Below, piece by piece: positions 12,880-26,287 of a DNA stretch of 64,000 bases. The DNA is from Octopus vulgaris (lineage: Eukaryota), in contig OX597815.1 in the NCBI GenBank assembly GCA_951406725.2, positions 66,464,001-66,528,000 on the forward strand, given 5' to 3'. Each line of letters starts with the position of its first letter. Within the stretch, counting starts at the first letter, position 1. The notes under the pieces are model-generated. The model saw nothing but the letters and a program-made list of their open reading frames with translations. It did not search any database and was not told the DNA's origin. Both the position numbers and the translations under genes were made by a program.

Positions 12880-15619
12880 ACACAAAGCAAAGCAAAGGAA
12901 AACAGGAGTGAGTCAAGAAGGAGGTGGTAAGTGGAAGTACATAAAAGGAGAGGGATGGAGAATAACAGTTTAATAAAACTGTAGATGGAGAAGAAATAGG
13001 GAGATGTGGTAAAGTGTTTGGAGTGGGAGAGAGAGAGGGGGGATACAAAATGAGAGAGATGGAGGTCAGGGGTAAGTAGGAGGTATAGTGAGTGACAAAG
13101 GTGAGCAGGGTGACAATGGCAGATATAAGAGGGTGTTCAGGACAAAAAAGGTGGTCAGTGGAAAACAAGTGATAAGAGTTATTGTTGAAGACATGGAATG
13201 GGTGACAAAGAAAGTTGTTCCAAAGAGAAAAATAACTTGTAGCACAGAAGGAGTATGAAACTTGTGCAGTTCTACTCTTATTACAGCAGCTGAGGAAATA
13301 ATGTCATAGTTAGAGGTGTGATGGAGGGATGAGTGTTAGAAAGATGAATTGTTGGGAAAGCTTTGCAGGAACAGAATGGGTACAGAACCATGGACAAAAA
13401 AGAAATGCTTTTAGGACCTCATTTTTGCTGAGATGAACATAATAAATCACCTATCACTGTGGTTTCTTTTTGTTACCTCCTTAGTCTTAGGCCAAGTGCA
13501 AGATGACCAGTGTTTGTGCCATAGTAAAATGCATCCAGTACACTCTGTAAAGTAGCTGGTGTTAGGAAATACATCCAGCTTTAGAAACCATGTCAAAGCT
13601 GAGATTATAGTCAGATGTGGTCCTTTTGACATACTGGATCTTTGTTAAACCATCTAACCCATTCCAGCATGGAAAATGGATGCTAAATGATGATGATGAT
13701 GATGATGGTGATGATGATATACTTTTATTTTTTTGTGTGTCTGGAGGAAGGGACAGTGCTCATTACCTTCACAGATTCTCCAAGACCAGTAAGACTTAAT
13801 GTCATTAATCTTCTTGAACCTGTAGCATGTCAGGAAAGCCATCTTAGTTGTTGTGTCATAGAACAGTTGTGCTATGGCATTCTCCATCCAATCAGGGCTG
13901 GGCGTGTATGAATACTAGAGGTAGTTCCCTGCCCATGAAGTGAAGCATGCATTTCAATTAGTTAGCGGATAGACTGCAGACCACCAACATTGCTTCTTCA
14001 TCATGGAACAGCCTCTTTGTTTTCCACATCAACTTTGCATGGCTAACTCTGAATTATATCAGCTCTCAACTTGTCCCATCATGAACAGCCTATTTCATTT
14101 ATGCTAACATCACTCTGAAAAATTCTGGATGACATCAGCCACAACTCTGCCTCATAATGGACAGTATATTTTTGTTTAAGCTAGCTCTGTTTCCTGTTAG
14201 CTCATAGTGACTTCCAACTGAATCTATTTTTCAAACGTAATTTATAATGCTTTCCCTGACTCATGCATACACACAAGCAATGCTCTTTTTACTTGTTAGC
14301 TCTTGTGATAATTTAATAAATTAAATTGTTTAAAACTACCTTCTAATATTCCATCACACATGCTTCTCAAAAGCTCATTTACTGGACTTTTCCACAAACA
14401 CTTTTATACAATAAATTAGTGAACATGCTCACTAAGGGAATTCCAGAGGAATTATATTCTGGGAGAGAAGGAATTGGAATAATGATTGGAGTGGGGCCTT
14501 GAGTATGGTCTGGGGTGATGAGAGATGTAGAGATGAGTTGGGAATGTTTTAACATCAGTGACACTATCATTGATAGCTTCAAACAATAGAAGTCAGCATA
14601 GTAGCCATAGATAAAACAAAAAGAGGACACAACATGCCTGTGAGCTCAAGGATGGAATGTTTTTGTGAGTGGATTTATGCCAATTTGTCAGGTGGTTTTT
14701 TTCTGGATGTGATCTAGGACATCTGTAACAGCAGCACTGCCACACGAGAGAGAAATACTTCATTGTGAGTCTCATCTGAGTTTTGTAGGGTATCAGTAAT
14801 TATTTCGGTTCTGAAGAGAAGGACCAGTCATTGGAAAGTGGTCCTAGCTAAGATAAGGATGTACTTTCACCAGAAGTACTAAAGATACAGCACTTGGAGT
14901 GAATCTGAGGACTCTAATTGAGTGCTGTTATATGATTAAGGTGGTTGTGGTGCAATGATGTTTTGATATGAGGAGTTGGGGGTAGTTGTTGATGTTGAAA
15001 GAGATGAGATTGATATATTGCTATTATAGGATGTTTCAAAGCCTCTCTTTATGGAGTTTATGTGTAGGGTCTTGGTTGTGAGTGAATGATGCATAGTTAG
15101 AGAATAAAGAGTAGTGTCATCACATCTGTGTAAGAGTGAATGTTGTTAGACATGGTGGCAAGTAAAACATTGTCATGTAGAGAGAAGGAAGAGAGTGGAA
15201 AGAGACAAAATCGAATCTTGGGACATGCTGAAGTTGACAGCAAGAGGAATACAAATATTTATGAGTACATACATCCACACAACCTGGCAAGCTGACAAAA
15301 ACTTTAGCATGATAAACAAAATGCTTGGTGGCATATCTTCTGGCTCTTTATGTTCTGAGCTCAAATCCCACTGAGATCAACTTTCATTCCTTTGACAGTG
15401 ATAAAATAAAGTACTAAGTCAAGTATTAGAGTCAATGTAATTGACTCTCCGCTAAAATTGTTGGCTTTGAAGCCTGCAATGGACTGGCATCTAATTCAAG
15501 GGGATGTTATGATCTTTGTCACTTATATGCCATGCAAACTGATAAACCTGTTTTATAAGTCTTATGGCTCACGAAAAATGATTTTAAAAAATACATGCAC
15601 ACACATACAACACCCACAT

Positions 15620-15655
<36 letters not shown>

Positions 15656-15782
15656 CACTAAATAGACAACTTTCTATGACCAAGTGACAATAAAGTATAA
15701 AGTTTTAGCAAAAGGAAACAAGAAAATTGACTTTGCCTTTCACCCTTCATGGTCAACAAAATAGAATATCAGTCAAATACTG

Positions 15783-15970
15783 GTGTCAGAATCATTGCTG
15801 CATCAGGCTAAATGCTCAGTGACATTTTGTCCTTCTTTACATCCTGAGTCGACTTTGCCTTTCATCCTTTCAAAATCAATAAAACAAGTACCATTTGAGC
15901 ACTGGGGTGGATGTAATCAACTTACTCCTCCCCAAAAATTGCTGGCCTTCTGTCAAAATTTGAAACCAAT
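15783..15970 (+). mobile_element. Nin-domain tRNA SINE (CpG-decayed copy)
   Basis: gtcgactttgcctttcatcctttcaaaatcaataaaacaagtacc matches the family core seen intact at 58.1 kb and 62.0 kb. Confidence 0.75.
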
Positions 15971-16027
15971 ATAATCAACAACCCTGCCTCCCACAAGCCT
16001 TATACTTAAATTAAAAGTTATTATATA

Positions 16028-16193
16028 CTGTATTTGTTCATGTATAAGCCACACTCTTAATTGAACATTAAGTCTTGGTATAAAACCATTTCCCTTCATA
16101 GTTTTAGCTTTTTTGCATGTATAAGTGGCACTCCAGTATTTTCAGTTAAAATCAAGTATAAAATAGCGTGACATATACATGAGTAAATAAGGT
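16028..16193. mobile_element. pogo/Tigger-type MITE
   Basis: TA-flanked TIRs ctgtatttgttcatgtata and tatacatgagtaaataagg. A sister copy lies at 22748-22888. Confidence 0.65.
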
Positions 16194-16424
16194 AATTAAT
16201 AACCTTTCTTTGTGGCTTTCTGCCTGTATTAGAAACCATTGAGGGACAATGAATGGACAGACAGATCAATGGATGGATATGTCTGAATGAATGAGTAGAA
16301 ATATTATGTGTGAATGGATACAACTGCGGGTGCCAGCTATCTAACTTGCTAAAGACAAATATTACTTCATTAAAACAAAAGTTAGCGATATTTAGTTAAA
16401 TCAGCAATTAGACTGTGTAACATG

Positions 16425-16850
16425 GTTTTTGTCCTTGGGTAGCAACTGTTATTTCCTATTTGCTTACCCCTTGAGAGTATGAAAAATAGCTAATATTTCC
16501 TTCAAACTTTGCTTTTGTTATATTTATTCAAACCCCAAAGAATCCCTCTCAACACATGACTATGATACTCTCCCACTACTCCTGCTCATGATCAGAGATG
16601 CACATATTGTCAGTCACTAAGAAACATTCTCAAGTGATTAAGGTCAAGCAACTGACAAGCAAATCTGTGGTATTGAGCAGAATATTTTCTATAATGATAT
16701 TTCTGCTTCAGCAAATCCATGCTGAATCAGTCTGAAATATGGAAAATAGGTAAGTTTCAAAACATTGATGTCCAGGTCACAAAAGCAAGGTTTGAAGGGA
16801 ATAGTACTTATTTCTTTTGATTTCTAGATAGGAACAAATAGGAAAGAACA
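16425..16850. mobile_element. Fold-back/MITE whose right arm is interrupted by the Gypsy provirus
   Basis: taatatttccttcaaactttgcttttgt is inverted as acaaaagcaaggtttgaagggaatagta. The inverted similarity extends up to the Gypsy TSD and resumes weakly after 21446. Confidence 0.55.
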
Positions 16851-17358
16851 TGTAGTGATGCTACTGTGTAGGGTTCAGCGCGCATGCGCAGAATGGGACT
16901 ACTTCCGGGTGGCCACCGGAAGTCTTCCCCATGCGCATGTGCGGGAAAACGTTCCTTTACCCGCCAAACTCAAATCTACCTCTCCGGCTCCACAGCTCAT
17001 CGCGATCGGACATACATTCAACGGGCTCTGACAACCTCACGACTTAGCCGCCAACGACCATCAACAAACTTCAACAAACTAACAAGAAGCTGCACATCAG
17101 GGGTTGTCCTTCTCCCATCAGACACACGTACGACATCGCAATAAATAAACGAACACACACACATTCATTTTTTTTCCTTTTCTGTATTTTGTTTTCCTTT
17201 GTACACACACACTTATTTTTGCTACCCACGAGGTGCACACACAAACACTACGGTACACAAAACACAATTTTGATTTGCTTTGTCGGTTCCACGTGTTCTC
17301 CCTCCATTTCTTGATCATACCTTCTGCCCCTTTCTCACAGATTCCTTCCGACAAAGGC

Positions 17359-18036
17359 ATGGCTTCAGGTTTGCCTTCATTCACGGGGGACATGGGTCTG
17401 TGGTTTGCCCAGGTGGAGTGGTATTTTGATGCACATGCCATTTCTCCACAGCAGCAGTTGCACCTGCTATATTCCGGCATACATCCCCGACTCGCCGCAT
17501 CGATCAGGGATCTAATAATAAGTCCCCACCCAGACGCCACATACGCGTCCGTGAAAGCAGAAATCCTCCGCCGCAACACACGGTCGGGGGAGAGCAATAT
17601 TCAGGAGCTGATGGCCGACGAGCAGTTGCGGGACAGAACTTCATCCCAGTTCCTGCACCATCTAAGGGAGCTTAGCGGCAATGCAGCGGATGCGCTGCTC
17701 TTACGGAGGATATTTTTCTCCAGGTTGCCTGCCCATGTGCAGACAATGCTGGCCACGGTACTGGAGTCTGTGTCAGTTGATCAGATTGCCACGATGGCCG
17801 ATAGAATACTGGAATTTCCGAATCTATCTCCATCGCGAGGCCTGTATGCATGAATAGGGCCCCCTCCAACAGTTTCCCCTGTGCAAATTTCACTAACCGA
17901 GCAGATCGATGCGCTCACGCGGCGAATCGATGATCTGTCCCGTGCGATCGAGCGCCGACAACGCAGTCGTAGTTGCTCTGCCGAAAGGGCAGATCGGTGT
18001 ACCCAGCCATGCACTTTCAAGCCCTCGGAAAACTAA
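17359..18036 (+). pseudogene. gag: Gypsy gag with one in-frame TGA at 17851
   Basis: MASGLPSFTGDMGLWFAQVEWYF... reads through the TGA in the same frame to CTQPCTFKPSEN*. The zinc knuckle appears partly deleted. Confidence 0.85.
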
Positions 18037-21000
18037 ATCCGGAGGAGGTGAGCACGTCACCTTCTTCCATCTCGTTTCCCAAACATCGTGCATTCTTTGT
18101 AAAAGATCTGGTGTCGAAGAAATTCTTCATGGTGGACACCGGCTCCTGTTGCAGCATCTGGCCCCTTCGTCTGGCTGCAGACAAGCCCAAGCGCTCTTCG
18201 ATTGTCTTGCATGCTATTGACTCGTCTCCCATAACCACTTACGGTCAGATTTCGCTGCGCCTCGACCTCAACCTTCGTCGGGACTTTCAATGGGTTTTCG
18301 TCATCGCTGACATCCCGCATCCTATTCTCGGCGCTGATTTCCTGGATAGGTTTAATCTGTTGGTGGATGTCAGGCGTCGGAGGCTTCTTGATAGCATGAC
18401 GTCGCTCTCTACACCGACTGGGAGTTCCACCACTGCGGTCCTTAGCCCGACATTCTTTGTTGCCACCTCAGAGACCCTTTTCACTCTCTTTTGGTTTCAT
18501 TTCCGGAGCTAGTGGACATTGCCTTTAAACCGGAAAAGCCTACCCACTCGACCCTCCATTTCATCACCACCAATGGGCCGCCTGTATTCTCACGCCCCCG
18601 GCGCCTTGCGCCAGACCAACTAAAAACGGCCAGGGCCGAGTTTGAGCACATGCTTCAACTTGGCCTTATACGCCCCTCCACCAGCCCATGGGCATCTCCA
18701 CTTCATTTGGCGCGAAAGGGCGAGTCTGATTTTCGCCCGGTTGGAGACTATCGACGCCTCAATGCCGTAACTATAGCCGACAGATACCCGATTAGAAATC
18801 TCCGGGACTTTACGGCAAATCTCCATGGTTGTACCATTTTTTCGAAGGTCGACCTTATACGCGCGTACCATCAAATACCGGTCAACCCAGCCAACGTTCT
18901 GAAAACTGCGATCACTACCCCCTTTGGGTGTTTTGAGTTTTTATATGTGAGTTTCGGTTTACGGAATGCTACTAGCACCTTCCAGCGTTTCATTGATGAG
19001 GTTGTCCGCGGTCTTGACTTTGTGTTTGCCTATGTCGATGATATACTCATTGCGAGCGACACACGTGAAAATCATCTCCAGTACCTCTCTCAGCTTTTTC
19101 AGCGTCTTCGCGCTTATAGCATATGTGTAAATCCCGACAAGTGTATTTTCGGACGCTCTTCCCTAGATTTTCTAGGCCATCATATTGATTCGACTGGAAT
19201 CAGCCCCCTCTCGTCAAAAGTCGATGCCATTCAACGCATCGCACCCCCCACTTCCTTGCGCCAGCTCAGGCATTATCTAGGGATGATCAATTTCTACAGA
19301 CGTTTCATTCCCGGTTGTGCAGATAAGCTGCTACCTCTCACCAGGCTATTAAAGGACTCTCCTAGAAAGGACAGTCAAGTCACCCTCTCTGTTGAGGCAG
19401 TGACAGCCTTTGAGTCCATTAAGAAGGAGCTGGCTTCTGTTTCTTTGCTTGCACATCCAGTTCCTGGTGCTTCTCTCTCTTTGACTGTGGACGCATCGGA
19501 CACTGCGATTGGCGCTGTGTTACAACACACAGTGGATGATCATATTCGACCTCTAGCTTTCTTTTCCCGTCAACTGCAACCAGCTGAACGACGATACAGC
19601 ACCTTTGATCGTGAGCTCCTAGCGATCTATCTATCTATCGGTTCGTCATTTCCAGCATCAACTTGAAGGGCGAGATTTTGTGATCTATACGGATCACAAG
19701 CCCCTTACGTTTGCCCTGTGTTCAAAAACGGACAAACTCTCACCCCGTGCTTTTCGGCACCTGGATTTTATCTCTCAATTCACTAGCAACATTCGACACA
19801 TACCTGGAAAAGAGAACGTTCCTGCTGATGCTCTCTCTCGCCTTCCAGTTTGCGCCCTTTCGTCTCTTGCTGCTATCGACTTAGCTGCCATCTCGCAGGA
19901 GCAGCCACCTTTGGCATCGTTAGACTTAACTTTTTCCAAGTTCTCCTGTTGCCAGTTTTCCTACCTTCTGCTTCCGTCAGCCGAAGGCACCATTCTTTGT
20001 GATACTTCCACTGGTTCTCCCAGGCCACTGGTGCCTGAGAACCATCAACGCTCAGTGTTTGAAGCACTGCACTCCTTATCACATCCTGGCATCGCTGCCA
20101 CCCTTAAACTAATCACTGGTCGGTTTTTCTGGCCGAATATGCGTCGCACTATTACTTCTTGGACACGCACCTGCTCCAAGTGTCAACGGTCCAAGATTCA
20201 ACGGCACGTTCGTGCCCCGCTTGGACAATTTCCCCCCACGGAGGCCCGTTTTCGCCATGTCCACATCGATCTGGTTGGACCATGGCCTGTGAGTCGCGGG
20301 TTCTCTTATCTGTTAACTTGTGTCGATCGCTTCTCCCGCTGGCCAGAAGCCATTCCAATAGCAGACATTTCTGCTGAGACTGTTGCGCGAGCTTTCGTTT
20401 CAAACTGGATTTCTCGCTTCGGAGTCCCGTCCCGATTGACAACTGATCATGGACGTCAGTTTGAGGCCTCGCTATTTCGTGAATTGTCGCGAATTTTGGG
20501 TATGCACCATATCCACACTACAAGCTACCATCCAGCGTCTAATGGACTGGTTGAGCAGTTCCATAGACAGCTCAAGGCCGCTCTTCGTGCCTCTTCAGAC
20601 CCACAGTCCTGGATTGAATTTCTGCCCATTGTGCTTCTCGGCTGTCGGACTGCTGTCAAGGCAGACCTGGGGTTTTCTGCTGCAGAGCTGCTGTATGGTA
20701 CCACACTGGCATTGCCTGGTACGATGTTGGTGCCAGACACTTCCCAGCCCCATGATCCGGCGACCTATGTCACCAGACTGCGTGCATACTTTTCGAACCT
20801 TCCACCCATGGTTCCCAGAAAGCAATCTCCACCGTCCCATCTTCCACCGGATATGAACACCTGGTCGCATGTTTTTTTTTCGGGACGACTCTGTGAAGGG
20901 CCCACTTGTTTCTCCCTATAAAGGACCTTTCCGTGTGCTTTCTCGCACACCAAAGGTTTTCACGATTGAGATAAATGGTCGTTCGGAGACCGTTTCCGTG

Positions 21001-21216
21001 GACCGTTTAAAAAAGGCACATTTTGAGACGTCTTCATCTTTTGATGACAACCTTGACACACCCACCTATGCACCTTTAACAACGCCTTCACCTGCACTAA
21101 CACCTTCACCTGCACAAACGCCTTCACCTGCACAAACACCTTCACCTGCACAGACGCCTTTGCCCTCTCCGGCTCCACGGCTCATCGCAATCGGACGTAC
21201 ATTCAACGGGCTCTGA
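18024..21216 (+). pseudogene. pol: Gypsy pol (protease, RT, RNase H, integrase), frameshifted
   Basis: Motifs FMVDTGS, ILGADFL, DLIRAYHQ, FGLRNA, YVDDIL, VDASD, TDHKPL, H-H-C-C, HIDLVG, TTDHG and PYKGPF. Frameshifts near 18490, 19640 and 20875. Confidence 0.95.
21081..21160 (+). repeat. 18-bp tandem repeat (TPSPAQ) in the integrase tail
   Basis: About 4.5 copies of acRccttcacctgcacWR. Confidence 0.9.
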
Positions 21217-21800
21217 CAACCTCACGACATAGCCACCAACAAACTTCAACAAACTAACACGAAGCTGTATATCAGAGGCTGTCTTTCTCCCATCAGACAC
21301 ACGTACGACATCGCAATAAATAAACGAACTGCTGTCTTTTTACCTACAACCTGACTTGGTCTGTATTGTCTTATAAAATTGTATGTGACTAGATCGGATA
21401 TCGACACCCTTTCAGTGAATCGATAACAGATCCTTCATTACAAACACTTAGTGACCAAAGATAAAAAAAATTAAAATTTTCTTACACAGTGTTATCATAA
21501 TCTAACTCTAGTTTTACAGCAACTGATTATTGTTAGTAGCTGTAAAACTGGGATTAACCCAGACAGCTTTGATTGTACAAATCTATGAACAAAGGCATTC
21601 CAGCTACAACCATTCTGACTTTTTCTTGTACAGAAGACTCAGAAACACATTATTCGTGCCAGTGGGATGCAATTTCAGGGAGATTTGGCTGCTATTTCTA
21701 GTAGGCCCATGTACAGTCTCCACCGTGGCTTATATTATTGTTGTTGTTATTGTTTAGCTCTGGTCAGTTACATTTCTTCCCCAACTTAGAAATCAACGAA

Positions 21801-21854
<54 letters not shown>

Positions 21855-22747
21855 CGTGCGTGTGCGTGCGCGCGTGTACATGAGTACTAGTGTGTGTAAC
21901 AGAGGATCAGGGTAGAGAATGATGTGAAGTACTTTAATTAAAATTATATAACTTATAATTAATGACATAATGAAGTCTCCACTAAAACATAAACTACACA
22001 ATCAAATTAATCGAGTGATTTTTCTGAATGTTTTAGGGTTATAAGCATAAAGTTTTTTTCTCAACAATTAGCATATTTAATTTTATATACATACATACAT
22101 ATATGCGTGTTTGCACACGTAGATACATACAGATATACAGACATTCATACATATATGCATACACACATATACATACACAGACACACACACATACATGCAT
22201 GCATACATATATACAAACATACATATATACATTCAAACATAGATACATATAAATCGATCAGCTAACATACACATTACACGTACAATCTGTAAGCATAACA
22301 GTAAAGGCATGAATGACTTTTCTCAAGTCCAAAATGTGACATTCGTTTTTGCTATTTATATTCCAACAATGGAATTTTGTATCTTTGTTAGAAACTAGCA
22401 TCTTCCTTACAGGAAGACACCACCCAAGATGTCATGTTGGAGGATCGAATCTGGGATCCGGTGGTTACAAAGCAAACTTAACTATTTGGCCATGTAATGA
22501 GATAAAAGTAAAGAAAAATGTAACAAGAAGTCAGTAAGTAAATAAAGTAAAGCATGCACATTTCCCCAACAGAAATTTTTGAGATGTCCCATTAATTATA
22601 AACTACCGGGGCCCAGCTGTGTGATTCCTGAAGCGATTCAGTCATCTCAAAACCCTACAGATTCCTGCCAGTCGATGTGGAATACAAAACTTCAAAATAA
22701 TAAACCCATTCTCCGTTCTTTTACAGTTTAAATATTTCTTAAACATA

Positions 22748-22888
22748 CCTTATTAACTCGTGCATAAGCCGTACTCGTGAATAAGCTCCACCCCTAATTT
22801 AGGATTAATTTTTTTCCTTTGTTGAACCTACGTTTTCTCAGTTAAAATCAAGTATACTAAAATGCGACTTATACACGGGTAAATATGG
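22748..22888. mobile_element. pogo/Tigger-type MITE (CpG-retaining copy)
   Basis: TA-flanked TIRs ccttattaactcgtgcataagccg and cgacttatacacgggtaaatatgg. Confidence 0.65.
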
Positions 22889-22970
22889 TATAAATAAATA
22901 TATTTTAGATTTAATAGACCTAATTTAACATCCAGATGATTTATAGCAATAAGCTGGTTACTTTATCTTC

Positions 22971-23110
22971 ACTTACTACGCTAAGGTCTTTAAGAAAGGA
23001 ACGAACATCGCCACAGTATGATTCCTTAGCTTAAGATTTATAGCTTTAAAAGTCCCTGAGTCCTCTCCCTTGTAATATGTATGAATTACTTCCCTTGGGT
23101 TCGATAACTG
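22971..23110 (-). promoter_or_regulatory. Candidate first exon/promoter of a minus-strand transcript
   Basis: Minus-strand donor GTAAGT (plus acttac 22971-22976), TCCCTT motifs at 23061-23071 and 23086-23096, and local CpG retention. Confidence 0.4.
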
Positions 23111-23329
23111 AGATGGGGAAGCTTGGTTTAAACAAATTCACACAAAGACCCTAATGCCGAAGAGGCTAGTTTACCCACCTGTGTGTAGTTCGGCTCTGTT
23201 ATGTTAATGCGAAACGTGAATGCTTTACAGAAATCAGAAAACTGAAAGCCCTCCATATTCGTTTGCCGCAACATATTTTTGTGTTATGAAGAGAATAAAG
23301 TACTAGAAACTATGGCAGTAAGCTGCACG

Positions 23330-23365
<36 letters not shown>

Positions 23366-23559
23366 GCAGTAGCTTCAAAACCGCTCTCTCTCTCTCTCTC
23401 TCTCTCCAGATCATGATATCTGGAACAATAAAAATCTGCAAGACTTTCTTAAGATTTAAAGGATGAAGAACAAAATAAGATGTCTTTCTTTACAATCTTG
23501 CTACCAAGCAGGTGGCCAGGCAAAATTAACTCTAGATTAAAAAGAGGAAAAGAATATAT

Positions 23560-24440
23560 GATGATGGCCATCCACTCATAACCGAGGAAGACCATTGCTA
23601 ACCTTCAGGGACATTGTGCACTCTAGGACTAACTTAAATTTTGCATTTGTGGCTCCATTGGTGGCTAATGAGCCCTGCTCTTGAAAAGCATACATCACTG
23701 CAAACATTGCAGACCAAGCTTTCTCCATTCACTACACCAGCAGTGTGTTTTCGAGCAGCACGCTTATATTCTTCATGCAGAATACGTGCTCTCTCAAAGG
23801 TATCGACCCCCTCCTTAACCTGCTTCCTCCATCTGTGGCGATGACAGGCATTGTTCTCCTAGTCAGTCTCCTGCATATCACAGGTCTTTAATGGAGGATT
23901 TGACACAGTCCTTAAATCGGAACCTTGGTTTCTCTTTCCATTCACAAGTTCCCCATATAGCATTTGTTTAGGGATCCTGCTGTCCTTCATTCTAATAAGG
24001 AGTCCACTCCAATGTAACCGGCGCTTATGCACATCGCCTCAGTACTCAAGATATCAGCTGTCCTCAGGACCTATGTCTGGAGTTTTGAAGGTTCAGCCAA
24101 CATTCAGAATGTGTCTGATACATCTCTGATGAAAGCATTCAAGGACCCTTACATGACGTTTGTAAAGGGCCCATGTCTCACATGAGTAAAGGAGTAATGT
24201 CAGTACACAGTAATTTTTGTTTACCTTGTGATGCCATGCTGGGACCCGACACAAAACTGAAGAGACCAGAAGGAATCAGTTGCTCACTGCATCCTGAAAG
24301 ATATTTCATCATCTGGGGAGCAAGAACAGCTGAGTGTGCAGCCCAGATAGACAAACTTTTCAGAATTGTTCCTTCAACTAAGATAGCTGGTTCCATGTAA
24401 GGATTTCCTGGTGCAGGCTGGAACATTACAACAGTGTTGT
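23560..24440 (-). mobile_element. Old RTE (BovB-like) LINE remnant
   Basis: The minus strand encodes RLHWSGLLIRMKDSRIPKQMLYGELVNGKRNQG. Confidence 0.8.
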
Positions 24441-25799
24441 CCAGATACATATATCATCGTCATCATTATTATTTTAACATCCAGGTTCTACGTTGGCATC
24501 GATTAGACAGCTTAACAAAGATGCGATGAGTCCAAGGACTGCACTGAGCTCCAGTGTTGGCTTTAGTATGGTTTCTATGGCCGGATGCCCTTCCTAATGC
24601 TAACCAGTTTACAGTGTATACTGAGTGCTTGTTTTGGTACCACTGGCACTACTGAGGTTGCTTTGCAGCTTTCAAATCTACAAAACGTGACAAAGGAGGG
24701 GGACTGTGTTGTTATGTTAGATAATGGTTGAGATTTGAGAAAAAAGGTTGGGGTAGAGCAGGTTCATATTGTAAAGAAGCTAACTGGCTACTCACATTTA
24801 GGAGAGTAAGAATGAAATGGTGGTATCTCCAAAGCGATAAATAATGGTGATGAGGTGTCCAGGTGGCATCTCAAGGTATGAATGAGTAGTAGTAGGTGGG
24901 TGGAAGTTACAAGTGAGTATGGGCAAAGGAAGGGATAGGGGAAATGGACAAGTAGGGGTTGGCAATATCTGTAAAGTTTGAGAACAGTTGAAGGTGGGGT
25001 GAGAGGGCTGCTAGCAATATGGTAGTTATAATGATGATGCCATTGATAAGGAGAGAAGAGAGATGACACATTTGGATAGGCTGTAGGAATGAGAGAGAAA
25101 GACAAGCATAATGCATGAAGAGAAATAATTTAATGGCCTGAGTGGGGGATGGGAGGGCCAATGTAATGTGGGTGTAGAGAAACAATATTATTTCTCTTTT
25201 ACCTTTTACTTGTTTCAGTTATTAGACTGCGGACATGCTGGGGCACCACCTTAAAGAATTTTAGTCAAATGAATTATTGGTGTGATTGATGTCAATGTTA
25301 TGGTAGAGCTGTTGCAAATCAATAACTGCAGGGAAGAGATTCCAGAGGCTTAACATTCTGAGGTAGGAGCTGAACATATATAAGTAAGACAGCTCAACAT
25401 ATCCATGCAACTAAGACATGCAACATAGAGGTAAACACAAACAGGTAAGATGGTTAGATACACCTGAAAAGAAAACAGCCAGGTACATACATTAGTAAAC
25501 AACAATAAAAAACAAATTTCCAAATTTGAATTTTTGAAGTATTTTTTTAATTCTATTCATCTGTATTTCATGGAATTAATTCTTGAACATACACAATTCA
25601 GAAGAAAATTTCTATTTATGACTTCTTATTTTTCAACTGAAGATTATCATCTTTCTCAAGACATGATGTTAGTTTAATGTAGTTTCTTAGTTCTGCTGCT
25701 GATTATTGGTATTTTAAAATATTGATTCTCTTCAGCACAAGAAAATATTAGGCTTAACTACCATACAATCAGTCTTAAACTAAAAAGCTACCTGTTTAA

Positions 25800-26016
25800 C
25801 TATTTTGTTACCACATTTCTGTTGAGTACATTACCTTTGTTTTAATTAATATTGAAAATAATGAAGAATTTAAGCAAAATAACTGCCATTATTCAAGTTT
25901 TTGGAACATAAATTAACATGAAATTCTAAATGACGATATTAATTTAGATAATTTTAAAACAGGGAGTTTGAATCATAGAAATAGGGGCAGTCACAGGTGG
26001 CTTGCTATTAAAAGGG
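25800..26016. mobile_element. piggyBac-type MITE (TTAA-flanked); sister copy at 27881-28099
   Basis: ttaa|ctattttgttacc ... tattaaaaggg|ttaa, colinear with the second copy. Confidence 0.6.
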
Positions 26017-26287
26017 TTAAAATAGTTTCATCATTTCCTAACTAACCTCTTAGCTAAGCAGTCTTTTTCAGTGTATCCATTCATTATGTCTACTAGTGTT
26101 GGTGTACCCCTGGTGAAGAATATATTCTAAACTGATTAGAAACCATAAAACAGACAATAGAGGATGCCATTTTATGAATAGCATAAATCAATTTTCATAT
26201 AATTTGTAATTAATTATTACATTAATTGTTATTTATCATTGTTTCAAAGTCATGTTTTTCACACTGTAAAAGATGACATACATATAT

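Larger units (their letters stand above)
16851..21442 (+). mobile_element. Ty3/Gypsy LTR retrotransposon (provirus with internal deletions)
   Basis: TGTAGTGA...TCATTACA termini, 4-bp TSD AACA (16847-16850 and 21443-21446), shared LTR segment 16980-17153 vs 21165-21329, and domain order gag-PR-RT-RH-IN. Confidence 0.97.

Noticed and set aside
13654-13911. Poly-His, poly-Met and poly-Asp ORFs
   Set aside because: They come from the (GAT)n tail of an RTE 3' fragment.
13730-14160. Coding-looking stretch on the minus strand (VDVETKRLFHDEEAMLVVCSLS)
   Set aside because: Multiple stops and no recognisable family. Probably an old transposon remnant that I cannot assign.
15224-15311. Stem catgct...ttgacagc / gctgacaa...agcatg as a further hammerhead
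   Set aside because: The CUGANGA and GAAA core is not intact, so it is too degenerate to call.
17851-17853. Programmed readthrough of TGA in Gypsy gag
   Set aside because: The element has other disabling lesions, so a point mutation is the simpler explanation.
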